Assembly: GCA_964583675.1 (NCBI GenBank)
Contig: CAZOVH010000001.1
Coordinates: forward strand, 81,754-145,753
Length of the DNA: 64,000 bases
Direction of reading: 5' to 3'
Source of the DNA: an uncultured Candidatus Saccharibacteria bacterium
GTDB lineage: Bacteria > Patescibacteriota > Saccharimonadia > CAILAD01 > GCA-016700035
Made by a program: the position numbers and the translations under genes. The notes below the pieces were generated by a model. The model saw only the letters and a program-made list of their open reading frames with translations, did not search any database and had not been told where the DNA came from. This document shows, one piece after another, positions 9,678 through 18,360 of this stretch. Position 1 is the first letter of the stretch; each line of letters begins with the position of its first letter.

Positions 9678-10079
9678 ATGCAATCCAGCAAGAACATTCG
9701 ACGTGCAACGATCCTCGCGATCGTGAGCCTGGGCGCTGTTGTGCTCGCCAGCTGCACGCCGGAGCAGATCGCGCTTGCCAGGCGCATCCACATGGAGCGT
9801 CTGGCAGTGCAGAACCACCCGTTCCTGACGTGTGTGCGCCATCACGAGTCAGATCGTGGCCCTGCGCCCCACACCAACGGGTATGGCGAAGACAATCCAC
9901 GTAGCTCTGCATCTGGAGCCTACCAGTTTCTGGACTCCACCTGGCAGAACGTGTCTGTGCGATCTGGCCACGGCGGCTATGCTCGCGCCAAGGACGCACC
10001 CTGGTTCACCCAGGATGCCGTCGCCATGTGGACGCTTCGAAACGTCGGCACTTCCCCTTGGGCCGGCACTGGCTGCTAA
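9678..10079 (+). CDS. Rpf-like (transglycosylase-like domain) lipoprotein, high-GC
   Basis: Lipobox VLASC. C..HESDRG...NGYGEDN..SGAYQFLDSTW resembles the Transglycosylase-like (Rpf) domain. GC about 63%. Hairpin plus SD GGAG upstream. Confidence 0.5.
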   Translation: MQSSKNIRRATILAIVSLGAVVLASCTPEQIALARRIHMERLAVQNHPFLTCVRHHESDRGPAPHTNGYGEDNPRSSASGAYQFLDSTWQNVSVRSGHGGYARAKDAPWFTQDAVAMWTLRNVGTSPWAGTGC

Positions 10080-10100
10080 CCCTTCGCGGGAACCCACCGG

Positions 10101-10136
10101 GTGGGAAGATTCATTTCTTCCCACCCACTTTTTTAT
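10101..10136 (+). terminator. intrinsic terminator (gtgggaag ... cttcccac + T6)
   Basis: 8-bp stem and a T-run. Lies between the convergent Rpf-like gene and msrB. Confidence 0.5.
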
Positions 10137-10534
10137 TTATCAGATTTTTTCAAGTCTAAGCTGGCAGAATTTATGCAAAAGCGCTGCCCTGTCGTATCGC
10201 GCGGACCATCTTCAAATATATGCCCTAGATGCGCGCCACATTTACTGCACACCACCTCAGTGCGCGTCATGCCGTGACTTACATCTTCACGCACTTCAAC
10301 AGATCCAGGTACAGCTCGATCAAAACTCGGCCAACCAGAGCCAGATTCAAACTTGTGCTGGCTATCAAACAAAACCTGACCGCACACTTTACAGGTGTAA
10401 GTGCCATCGGTATGCTCATCCCAATATTTACCAGTAAATGGTGCTTCCGTACCAGCATTCTGCGTAATTTCAAACTCTTCCGAGGTTAACCGCTTTTTCA
10501 GTTCATCTTTATCTACCTGAAAACTATCAGCCAC
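10133..10534 (-). CDS. msrB: peptide-methionine (R)-S-oxide reductase
   Basis: 133 aa. SelR/MsrB zinc-ribbon CxxC pairs (CKVCGQ, CSKCGAHLGH). Confidence 0.85.
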   Translation of the reverse strand: MADSFQVDKDELKKRLTSEEFEITQNAGTEAPFTGKYWDEHTDGTYTCKVCGQVLFDSQHKFESGSGWPSFDRAVPGSVEVREDVSHGMTRTEVVCSKCGAHLGHIFEDGPRDTTGQRFCINSASLDLKKSDK

Positions 10535-12324
10535 TACTTTGCCTCCTGCAACTCATCCATCCATCCGCGGATAATTTCAAACCCACCACGCCAGAAGTCT
10601 TCGCTTTCGTAATCTATCCCAACTTCTTCTAGCACGAGCTTTGGATCACGCGCGCCACCAGCTGCTAAAATGGCCTCGATTTTTGGCACAAAACTCTCTC
10701 CTTCCTGCTTATACCGTGCGTACAGCGATAAGCTTAGAAGCTCACCAAAGTTATAGGCATAGCAATAGAACGGGGTGTGTACGATGTGCGGTATGTAGGA
10801 CCATTCGTGCTGGAAGATATCATCCACTTCAACAGAATCGCCAAACTGCTCACGTAACCCGTCGAGCCACAACTTTTGAATATCCACTAAGCTTGCCCCA
10901 TTTGGAATTGCTTCATGCGCGGCAATTTCAAACTTCACGAAATAGTTTTGCCGGGAAATTGTGGCGTAACTATCAGCTAACTTCTCTGCCAATAATGCTT
11001 TTTTCTCTACCGGGTCGGTAATTTTATCGAGTAGCGACTCAAAAAGCAGCATTTCACCAAACGTAGAGGCAGTTTCTGCCAAAGGTAAATTGGGGTGGTG
11101 CGAGCCTATCGGTAAATGCGCCGCATACATGTCGTGCACGCCGTGACCCAGCTCATGCGCTAATGTTGAGATATCGCGGCTTTTACCAGCAAAATTGAGC
11201 ATGACATACGGGGTCATAGAGGGCGTCACAGCTGCGCAGAAGGCCCCTCCGCGCTTTGTAGATGCCGGATGCGAGTCAATGTGCCTCTCGTCTAATATTT
11301 GGCGGGCTTTGGCCGCAAAATCAGCCGAATACTTCGAAAAGCTTTCCAGCACCAAATCAACTGCCTCGGCATAGCTATATTCCGATTTCGCTTCTGAGAG
11401 AGGCGCGTACAAATCGTAACGACTCAACTGACCTACTCCAAGTTCCCGGGCTTTCCAAGCAAAAAAGTCATGATATACACCCCTCTCCTCTTCACAGACC
11501 TTCATTAGCGATTCGATGGCCTTATCAGAAACCTGATTAGCAGCATTACGCATACCAATCGGGCTTGAATAGCCACGTAAGCCAGCTTCATAGGCCCAAT
11601 CTTTGACAATCGACTGGTAAACCTTAAAGAATTTATCTTCCTCGCGGATATAGGGTGCAAACAATGCTTGATATGTTGCCTTACGACGAGCTGCATCGGT
11701 GGAATACACTCCTGATTTTAACTCTTCGGCGGTTTCAAACTGCTCTGTTTTGCCATCCAGTTCGAGCTCAAAGGTAAAATCAGTCTCGATCATGTCACGT
11801 AAATCTGTCAGCGCGCTTGTGCCGGTAGCATCTTTGTGACTAATAATTGATTCTTCGGCCTGTGCGAGTGTGTGTCGAGCCATATCTCGCGCGTACGTCA
11901 GCGCGTACTCCATACCTTCTATGCAGGCAAAAAGCCGCTTAGCGTTCGCATCATCGAGCGTTTGCATGCCAGCTACTTCTTTACCCTTCAGCCACATCGA
12001 GATAGGACGCGACACCTCACGTAACCGTACCGCTAAATCTTGGGCACGTGGTTTGTCGCGCTTAGCTTCTTCGGATTTAGCGTCGGTAGATTCAGCGAGA
12101 CTCGGGCGAGAATACAGCAGCGTGAGTTTCTCAGATAACGCAAAGCTCCAAGCAAAATAGGCCTGAAAATCTGCTTCGCTCATATCTGGAGCAAGCTTTT
12201 TCTGCCACTCGGCATACTTTGGCATTTCAGCTTCAATTTCGGTATACAACGTATCAAATTTGCCATCCGGAAAAACGTCGTTTAAGTTCCAGTGGACTGC
12301 TTCAGTGGTGGTCTTTTTTGTCAT
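10534..12324 (-). CDS. pepF: oligoendopeptidase F (M3B family)
   Basis: 596 aa. HEXXH zinc motif HELGHGVH and M3 family architecture. Overlaps the msrB start by 1 nt. Confidence 0.85.
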   Translation of the reverse strand: MTKKTTTEAVHWNLNDVFPDGKFDTLYTEIEAEMPKYAEWQKKLAPDMSEADFQAYFAWSFALSEKLTLLYSRPSLAESTDAKSEEAKRDKPRAQDLAVRLREVSRPISMWLKGKEVAGMQTLDDANAKRLFACIEGMEYALTYARDMARHTLAQAEESIISHKDATGTSALTDLRDMIETDFTFELELDGKTEQFETAEELKSGVYSTDAARRKATYQALFAPYIREEDKFFKVYQSIVKDWAYEAGLRGYSSPIGMRNAANQVSDKAIESLMKVCEEERGVYHDFFAWKARELGVGQLSRYDLYAPLSEAKSEYSYAEAVDLVLESFSKYSADFAAKARQILDERHIDSHPASTKRGGAFCAAVTPSMTPYVMLNFAGKSRDISTLAHELGHGVHDMYAAHLPIGSHHPNLPLAETASTFGEMLLFESLLDKITDPVEKKALLAEKLADSYATISRQNYFVKFEIAAHEAIPNGASLVDIQKLWLDGLREQFGDSVEVDDIFQHEWSYIPHIVHTPFYCYAYNFGELLSLSLYARYKQEGESFVPKIEAILAAGGARDPKLVLEEVGIDYESEDFWRGGFEIIRGWMDELQEAK

Positions 12325-12407
12325 GCTTCTATTGTGGCGGAGTTAGCTATTTTGCGCTAGCGTAAGCAGCTTTGCTACACTACATATAAGTAAAAGGAAA
12401 AAGAACT

Positions 12408-12647
12408 ATGCTACTTCTCCATGCCATCATCGCGCTCGCCAGTATCGGTCTCTTTGCCGGGCGCATCTTTACGCAAAATACTCAATTACATGTCGCTGCC
12501 AATATCAGTGCCATAGCTACCCTAGTAACCGGAGCTTTTCTCGTACTTGGCCAAGCCACTTCTCTCTCGCACGCATGTGTTTCTGGAACTATCTACCTCG
12601 CAGCAGTAGTTGCGCTCAGCCGAGCTGCAACGTTACGACAAGCTTAA
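12408..12647 (+). CDS. small membrane protein (79 aa, 2-3 TM)
   Basis: Hydrophobic ORF with an SD-like AAGGAAAAAG upstream. Confidence 0.4.
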   Translation: MLLLHAIIALASIGLFAGRIFTQNTQLHVAANISAIATLVTGAFLVLGQATSLSHACVSGTIYLAAVVALSRAATLRQA

Positions 12648-12768
12648 GTAATAAGCGAGAGATAAACGCTTCGCTACTCATTGCGTCGCTTTCTCGGAGT
12701 AAACTCCTGCGATAGCGCCTTATGATCGAACCCTCTGCTTCGCAGTACGGATTCTTATCCTGTCACAT

Positions 12769-12809
12769 CATTACTAAAGCCAGGACCATTGGTCCTGGCT
12801 TTAGTAATG
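12769..12809. repeat. perfect 19-bp inverted repeat (hairpin) abutting the tRNA-Ser 3' end
   Basis: cattactaaagccaggacc-att-ggtcctggctttagtaatg, seen directly. The arm ends overlap the tRNA CCA. Confidence 0.6.
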
Positions 12810-12897
12810 GCGGAGAGAGAGGGATTCGAACCCTCGGTACGGTTTCCCGCACACACGCTTTCCAAGCGTGCTCCTTCAGCCACTCGGACACCTCTCC
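12808..12897 (-). tRNA. tRNA-Ser (anticodon GGA), class II with long variable arm
   Basis: The reverse complement reads GGAGAGGTGTCCGAGTGGCTGAAGG...CTTGGAAAG...GGGTTCGAATCCCTCTCTCTCCGCCA with CCA encoded. Confidence 0.8.
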
Positions 12898-12986
12898 ACG
12901 CGGTGTGATTATATCTGAAAAACACCCAATTTTCCAGAAAAAAATACCCGACCTCGCCCTCATGAAAGAGAAACGAAGCCGGGATT

Positions 12987-14078
12987 CTAGGCCGCAGCCT
13001 TTTTGGTACAACCAACATCGACAAACGTGTCCAAGCGAATCAGTGGATACCGACTCACCTCAGACTGTTTGCTGATAGGAGTTCGCGCCAAGTGACAGGG
13101 CTGAAGCACTAGCACCACTTCTGCGCCATACCGCTGCAAGCGCTCTGCAAGCACCAGGTGATTGCGATAGTCATTGCCCACCAGGTAGACAACGGCTGGC
13201 AGCTTTGGATCGCGCTTAGGATCTGGCTTAACCTGACAGCGCGTCCAATCCGAGAGGATGTCGTCCACGTCGCCAATTCGATGCAATTCTTCGCGCTGGA
13301 CAGCCAGTGCCTTGCGCACACGGTGTGCCCGATCTATGAGTTGCACAGTCGGCACCACATACGGATCAGCCTGGACGTCACGTTCCCTACCAGGCCAATC
13401 GAGCTGGCTAGCGTAGGCCACTGCCAAATGCTCGCGCACTCGCTGAATGTACTCGGCTTGCCCCCGCTCAGCGAGCGAAATGTTTGACCAAGCACTGATC
13501 AGCAACTTTTCGAGCCAACTACGTGACTTCTTGAAACGAGTAAGCCGCGCCAAAAGAGGCAACACCACGCGCAACACCATCCTTGTGGGAAGGCTGTAGT
13601 GAATGGCGTACACCTTGGTGAGCGTGCGGGCCGACTCTCGAAGCGTTGACACTGCCGTGTCGGCAATGCAATCACACTGAGCATCACGGGAGGCATCGAG
13701 CTCACGAAGAGCGCGCTTCACCTCACCAATCGCTTGATAGCCACGCGTGCCGAGAGCCTCATCTAGGCCTCGCGACACAGCTACAAGATCGGACGGATAA
13801 TCGGCTGGTGGCTTGGTGAAAACCTTCCAACCAGAGCCCGTGAGCATGCTCTCAAAACGAACACGCCCCTCGGTTGGATCGTCCTGACCATGTGACTGCA
13901 GAAAAACTGCCGCCTTCGCCTTAAAGTCGTCAGTGCCGAGGCGCGTACGCGCGTCTTCCAACAGAGCGGCCTTCAGGGCGAAGTGGTCCAGCTTGGCCTC
14001 GCGACCAAAAAGCTTCCCCATCGTTACGAGGACATTGGGGCCATCAACCGCGATGATTGCTTGAGCGCGCATATTCAC
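12987..14078 (-). CDS. NYN/PIN-like domain protein (N-terminal predicted RNase domain, unknown C-terminal), high-GC
   Basis: 363 aa. N-terminus [19 protein letters not shown] resembles the NYN (LabA-like) domain. GC about 60%. Confidence 0.45.
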   Translation of the reverse strand: MNMRAQAIIAVDGPNVLVTMGKLFGREAKLDHFALKAALLEDARTRLGTDDFKAKAAVFLQSHGQDDPTEGRVRFESMLTGSGWKVFTKPPADYPSDLVAVSRGLDEALGTRGYQAIGEVKRALRELDASRDAQCDCIADTAVSTLRESARTLTKVYAIHYSLPTRMVLRVVLPLLARLTRFKKSRSWLEKLLISAWSNISLAERGQAEYIQRVREHLAVAYASQLDWPGRERDVQADPYVVPTVQLIDRAHRVRKALAVQREELHRIGDVDDILSDWTRCQVKPDPKRDPKLPAVVYLVGNDYRNHLVLAERLQRYGAEVVLVLQPCHLARTPISKQSEVSRYPLIRLDTFVDVGCTKKAAA

Positions 14079-14161
14079 CTCCTTTGAGGTCTAGCGCATA
14101 TCGAGGTACGATTACGAAAGCAAATTATACTATCAAGTTAGTAAAATTTCAAGTATATCTT

Positions 14162-14383
14162 TCACTTGCGAGTAAGCAGAAAGGCTGCACCGGTCGCCAA
14201 CAGAAGTGCCACCAGAGTTTTGAGTGCTAATCCGAGACATGTTTGCGCCACTACATAGCCCACAGCCACACACTCGCCAGCACATGATCCTTGAGTTATG
14301 CACCATGCATACACCCCAAGTGCAACTAAAAATTCCGCCACAAGCGCCCCTATAAAAACTTTGCGGCGCACCGACTTCTTCAC
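14162..14383 (-). CDS. small 2-TM membrane protein (73 aa), translationally coupled to upstream gene
   Basis: Its start lies 3 nt after the stop of the 14386..15435 gene. Hydrophobic. Confidence 0.4.
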   Translation of the reverse strand: MKKSVRRKVFIGALVAEFLVALGVYAWCITQGSCAGECVAVGYVVAQTCLGLALKTLVALLLATGAAFLLTRK

Positions 14384-14385
14384 TC

Positions 14386-15435
14386 TTAACCGAGTTTCTT
14401 TTTTAGTTCCTCAACCAATGCAACAGGCGTAGGATCAATGCCATTTAAAATCCCCATGTACGAAGAAACATAATCACCAAGCAGAATTGTCCAGAGTAGT
14501 TGCTGGATGTGCGTTTGCCCCTCGGCATGCACCACAATTGGCTCAAAACCATGCTCTTTGAGGATTTCTTGCGTTATCGTAAACCGCTTTTGCACCCGAA
14601 CATGGTCTAAGCTCGATTGGAGCTGCACCGTTGCCACTGGCTTCTTTTCGGGAAATAGCCAACCCTGATATTCGTTGTGATTCAACTCAGGATAGACATT
14701 ACAAAATGCCAACTGCTTAGCATTCTCATTAATATCAATCTTCCACTTATAGGCTGCCGCGCGCAAAGCCGGACCAGCGTACATAACCCCTGGCTGGCCA
14801 TGTAAATGTCGCGCCAGCGCTAAAGCAATATTATCTTCATCCAAATTATCCAGGCTCAACTTAGATTTCTCGACATCAAGCCAATTGGCGGCATCTAAAA
14901 GCTCACGACGCACATCTAAATCACCAATCCAGCCAAGATCTGAGAATACGCAAGTTAGGGCCTTAAGACCAGCAAATGGCGAGAGTCGTGGCTGCGAAAC
15001 CTGTGGGAGTTCGAGCGTGAAATATTTCTTTGAGCGAGCGATCTCCAGGAGCTTTCCGCCAGCGGCCATAATAACTATGCGCGCCGAGCGCTTCTCTGCT
15101 TGTTCAAGTGCCGAGAGTGTCTCTTCGGTGTTACCCGAATAACTTGATGCTATAAAGAGCGTAGTTGGCCCAACATATTCTGGTATGTCGTAGCCACGCA
15201 CAATCTCGAGTGGTCGTGCCAAGCGCGAGCTCAGCCAGTTCTTGGCTATATCTGCCGCCAGGGCTGAACCGCCCATACCAGCTACAACAATATTTTCTAG
15301 CCCTTCTCCCCAGCTAGGTGTAATGTCGTCTGTCATGGAATCAGCAAAGTTAAGACGCAAATGCGATGGCTGCACGTCTACTGCATCAAAAATATGGTGT
15401 TTGTCGAGTTTTTCTAGGTGAGCAAAATCTTTCAT
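14386..15435 (-). CDS. bifunctional phosphoglucose/phosphomannose isomerase (SIS-domain, archaeal-type)
   Basis: 349 aa. SIS motifs (VVAGMGGSALAADIA, FIASSYSGNTEETL) and a PGI/PMI-type C-terminal domain. Confidence 0.7.
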   Translation of the reverse strand: MKDFAHLEKLDKHHIFDAVDVQPSHLRLNFADSMTDDITPSWGEGLENIVVAGMGGSALAADIAKNWLSSRLARPLEIVRGYDIPEYVGPTTLFIASSYSGNTEETLSALEQAEKRSARIVIMAAGGKLLEIARSKKYFTLELPQVSQPRLSPFAGLKALTCVFSDLGWIGDLDVRRELLDAANWLDVEKSKLSLDNLDEDNIALALARHLHGQPGVMYAGPALRAAAYKWKIDINENAKQLAFCNVYPELNHNEYQGWLFPEKKPVATVQLQSSLDHVRVQKRFTITQEILKEHGFEPIVVHAEGQTHIQQLLWTILLGDYVSSYMGILNGIDPTPVALVEELKKKLG

Positions 15436-15540
15436 ACCTAGATTATCGCCTTTTTTTATCTATCTGTCGAACAGGGTTAAACTTTGTCTTGCAAAAAACG
15501 TCAACGCGTTGTAACATATCGCACATCGGCACTTTTGTCG

Positions 15541-15546
15541 TATAAT
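15541..15546 (+). promoter_or_regulatory. -10 box TATAAT (within the recurring cgtataatc motif)
   Basis: Located 41-46 nt upstream of the GTG of 15587..16000 in low-GC DNA. Confidence 0.3.
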
Positions 15547-15586
15547 CAACACCCGTACCTACAACCAAGAAAGTTGAGGTGGTACC

Positions 15587-16000
15587 GTGCCCACACGGAC
15601 CATGACCCTCACGGAATGGCAGAACGAAGCTCGGCGGCGCACCGACTCGGTGATGAGAGGCGGACGAGCCAAGCCACTCGCCCTCCTCAACGTGCATGTC
15701 GAGAACAACCCAGAGCCTTGGCAGGCTCTGTGCTCGAAGGCCATCACGTTTGCCACCGCCTGCTTCAGGCAGCTCCAGCTGGGCTACGGCGAGGTGAACG
15801 GCACCACGCACTCCCGGCTGGGCAAGATGGTGCGCTACATCGACTCGCGTGCCGAGGACTGGCGCGGTGAGGCTGCCGAGCAGTACCGCGAGCTCCGCCA
15901 ACTGATCGGCGAGGTCGATCCCGAAGCGCTCCCCGGGCGCGACGAGATGGACCGGCAGCACCAGCTGCAGGACTGCGATCCGGCCGTGGCCATCGCCTGA
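15587..16000 (+). CDS. hypothetical protein (137 aa), high-GC island
   Basis: GTG start with SD GAGGTGG 5 nt upstream. Diverse composition. The antisense ORF 15443..16084 has Leu/Gly/Arg-rich junk composition. Confidence 0.5.
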   Translation: MPTRTMTLTEWQNEARRRTDSVMRGGRAKPLALLNVHVENNPEPWQALCSKAITFATACFRQLQLGYGEVNGTTHSRLGKMVRYIDSRAEDWRGEAAEQYRELRQLIGEVDPEALPGRDEMDRQHQLQDCDPAVAIA

Positions 16001-16016
16001 CCAAGAGGGTCTCACA

Positions 16017-16053
16017 CCCCGGTAGACAACGACGTCTACCGGGGTTTCGCTTG
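16017..16053 (+). terminator. intrinsic terminator (ccccggtagac-aacgac-gtctaccgggg + TTTCGCTTGTT)
   Basis: 11-bp GC stem plus a T-rich tail, 17 nt after the stop of the 15587..16000 gene. Confidence 0.55.
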
Positions 16054-16061
16054 TTGCAGTT

Positions 16062-16105
16062 TTACTAAAAAGAATAACCTCCAACGGGATAGGACCGTTG
16101 GAGGT
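16062..16105 (-). terminator. intrinsic terminator for the minus-strand operon (cctccaacgg-gatagga-ccgttggagg + U-run on minus)
   Basis: 10-bp stem. On the minus strand it is followed by TTATTCTTTTT, downstream of ORF 16126..16392. Confidence 0.45.
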
Positions 16106-16125
16106 CGGTGTAGATTTGTCCGGTT

Positions 16126-16392
16126 CTACTTCCGGTTGCGCGAGGGCTTGGGCGGATGCTTCCGCCTGTCCTGATGTGCCCAGGGGTGACGCACCTCACC
16201 GGGCTGGTAGTAGCACCAGCTGGAAGACCGCACCGACTTGGAGACTCGTGCCTCCGGGTCGGACAACTCGCTCCCCGTGCAGGACAGCTCATCGGAGCCA
16301 TCACGAGGACCCGCGAGGCCGGCCAGGTCGTAGTAGTCCTGCTCGAACTCGTCAGGCTCGGTGGCGGCAGGTCGGATCATGGTCTTGGGCAT
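16126..16392 (-). CDS. hypothetical acidic protein (88 aa), high-GC island
   Basis: SD AAGGGGGAAAG 4 nt upstream of the ATG. The N-terminal half is acidic (EPDEFEQDYYD). Confidence 0.4.
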   Translation of the reverse strand: MPKTMIRPAATEPDEFEQDYYDLAGLAGPRDGSDELSCTGSELSDPEARVSKSVRSSSWCYYQPGEVRHPWAHQDRRKHPPKPSRNRK

Positions 16393-16414
16393 TACTTTCC
16401 CCCTTGTGGGTCTA

Positions 16415-16903
16415 TCAGACGGCGGTCAGGACGGGCAGGTCGGCGTGCACCGGCACAGAGTCGGCGACAAGCAGCTTGGGCTGCTCAGCCACACGCTCGA
16501 TCATGGTGACGACGTCTCGGTAGACATCCATCTGCTGCCGCGTGAAGGGCACACGGCAGCGCATCAACGGCGCGATGAAGCGCCAGTTGTCGTCGTGCTG
16601 CAGCAACGTTCGCTGCTCGAGCTCGGCGTAGGACATCTGGGTGCGATACGTGTCGATCACATCGACGCGAGTTAGCACCCACTCGAACATGTCGTCCACG
16701 GAGACAAGCTCCGGACGAGTCTGTCCGTAGGCATCGAGCATGGCCACGATGGCACCGATGCCTCGCTGGCGATCGGTGTGATTCCCATCGCGCTGCAGCC
16801 AGCAGGACACATCGTTGCCGCGCGGCTCGACACCCTGATGCCGGACGAGTCGGAAGCGATGATCACGCAGGCCCTCCTCGAGGAAAGTCCAGAGCGTGTT
16901 CAT
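16415..16903 (-). CDS. hypothetical protein (about 163 aa; ORF open up to 17074), high-GC island
   Basis: ATG at 16903 (MNTLWTFLEEGLRDHRF...). Diverse composition. The start is uncertain. Confidence 0.4.
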   Translation of the reverse strand: MNTLWTFLEEGLRDHRFRLVRHQGVEPRGNDVSCWLQRDGNHTDRQRGIGAIVAMLDAYGQTRPELVSVDDMFEWVLTRVDVIDTYRTQMSYAELEQRTLLQHDDNWRFIAPLMRCRVPFTRQQMDVYRDVVTMIERVAEQPKLLVADSVPVHADLPVLTAV

Positions 16904-17198
16904 GTACCGACCGTTGACGTCAGGGTCCGTCAAGATGGCGGGGATGCGGGGGGATGGCGGAAGATTCACAGGGCTCCTGGGTTGATTGAAGGTGCGGGGA
17001 CAAAAAGAGAACGTATCGCGCGACACTGATGTGTTGCGGTATGCGCCCTCCCACAGAGTTCGTGTTTTCCTCACAAACTATCTGGGAGAGGACAAAGTGT
17101 TTGGATTGAGCCCGAGGGGCCGGAAGCAGGCGCAAGAGGCGCCCTTGTGGTCGAACCACAGCTCCGGCCCCTCAGCCACGCCCCAGCGAGTCAGAGGA

Positions 17199-18161
17199 TC
17201 ACTTCCTCTTCTTGGCCTTGGCGGTTCCGGCCACGGGCTTGCCGCGGACGGCAGCCTGCCCGGGGACACCCTGGGGGTTCGGCTTGCCCACCTTGATGCG
17301 GGCGTGCTTCTCCTCCCAGGTCGGACCCTGGGGCTGCGGAGCCGGCTTGGGCCCCTTGGCCTCGGACTCAGCGCGACGCGCCTCGGCCGCCTCTTCGCGA
17401 CGAGCCTGGCTCACCGACTGGGTGGCGTGGAGACTGGGCTCCAGGTTCTCCAGCACCGTCAGCAGACCACGCAAGGTGTCAGCCGGCAGCGTCTCAAGAC
17501 GCCGCAGCTGCTTCTGGCGGTTGGTCGGCATACGGTCGCTGAACCACTGAGTGTAGTCACCGCGGCCATCCTGGGTGAGGACGTGCATGATCTCCTTGCG
17601 GACACCATCCTCCTCGAGACGGATGGCCTCGAAACGGGCCTGTTCGGCGGCGCGGCTCTCGGCACGCTCGGCGTCGAGCTGGTCCATCGCGGCGCGGCCA
17701 GCCGGGGTGGGCTGGAAGTGCGGCGCGTAGGACAGAGCTGTGCGGACGACCTCGGTGTCGTCGTCGGTCAAGCCGACGTAGACCTCGATGTCGAGCTCCT
17801 CGTCGCCGGAGCTGACGCGGCCGTTGTTGATGGCCTGCGCGAAGCTCCGGGCGCGAGCCCTCTCCTTCACCGACAAGCCGTTCAGCCAGTCGGTGAAGAT
17901 CTCGGGCTTGTACTTGGCCACGAGGTCCTCGAACTTGTAGACGTTGTTGAGCGCGCCCTCGAGCTCCTCCCGGCTGCCGTTGAGGGCAGCCTGGAGCTCG
18001 TTCTTGAGGCGCGCCACCATCTTGTCCTGGTGGAACTCGCTGTCGAGGATGGCCTGAGCCAACTTGGCCAGGTGCGGCGTGGTCGCCTCGCTCCACTTGA
18101 ACTGGCGCGGGATGATCGGGGTGAACACGGGGGTCGGGTTGGTGGTCTCAGTCATGGTCAT
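17199..18161 (-). CDS. hypothetical protein (320 aa) with Lys/Ala/Pro-rich basic C-terminal tail, high-GC island
   Basis: ATG at 18161 with SD AGGAGGG upstream (MTMTETTNPTPV...). The C-terminus is ...KPVAGTAKAKKRK. The antisense 398-aa ORF is junk-like. Confidence 0.55.
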   Translation of the reverse strand: MTMTETTNPTPVFTPIIPRQFKWSEATTPHLAKLAQAILDSEFHQDKMVARLKNELQAALNGSREELEGALNNVYKFEDLVAKYKPEIFTDWLNGLSVKERARARSFAQAINNGRVSSGDEELDIEVYVGLTDDDTEVVRTALSYAPHFQPTPAGRAAMDQLDAERAESRAAEQARFEAIRLEEDGVRKEIMHVLTQDGRGDYTQWFSDRMPTNRQKQLRRLETLPADTLRGLLTVLENLEPSLHATQSVSQARREEAAEARRAESEAKGPKPAPQPQGPTWEEKHARIKVGKPNPQGVPGQAAVRGKPVAGTAKAKKRK

Positions 18162-18360
18162 TATGCCCTCCTGGGCTCTTGAAAAGGAGACCACCAACTG
18201 GCCTCCGGATACCTATTACCCTCGTCTGACACGCAAACTACAGGTAACCGGAGGCCTTATTTCCAAACACTTTGTCAAATAACAACTTGATAAAATCAGA
18301 TTACCAAGTCGCTATAGTATAGCAAATTATAGGCTTTTTGTCAATGTATTATGACAAGTT

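Noticed and set aside
12722-13075. Three overlapping ORFs (117, 89, 82 aa) spanning tRNA-Ser(GGA) and its hairpin
   Set aside because: They overlap a canonical tRNA gene and a perfect 19-bp inverted repeat. No RBS.
15443-16084. 213-aa minus-strand ORF overlapping 15587..16000
   Set aside because: Same junk composition. The plus-strand ORF has a GAGGTGG SD, a native-style -10 and a terminator directly downstream.
16986-18182. 398-aa plus-strand ORF (and 17557..18096 on minus) across the high-GC island
   Set aside because: The composition is Leu/Gly/Arg/Ala/Val-dominated antisense junk typical of high-GC DNA. The opposing 17199..18161 ORF has diverse composition, an SD and a terminator.
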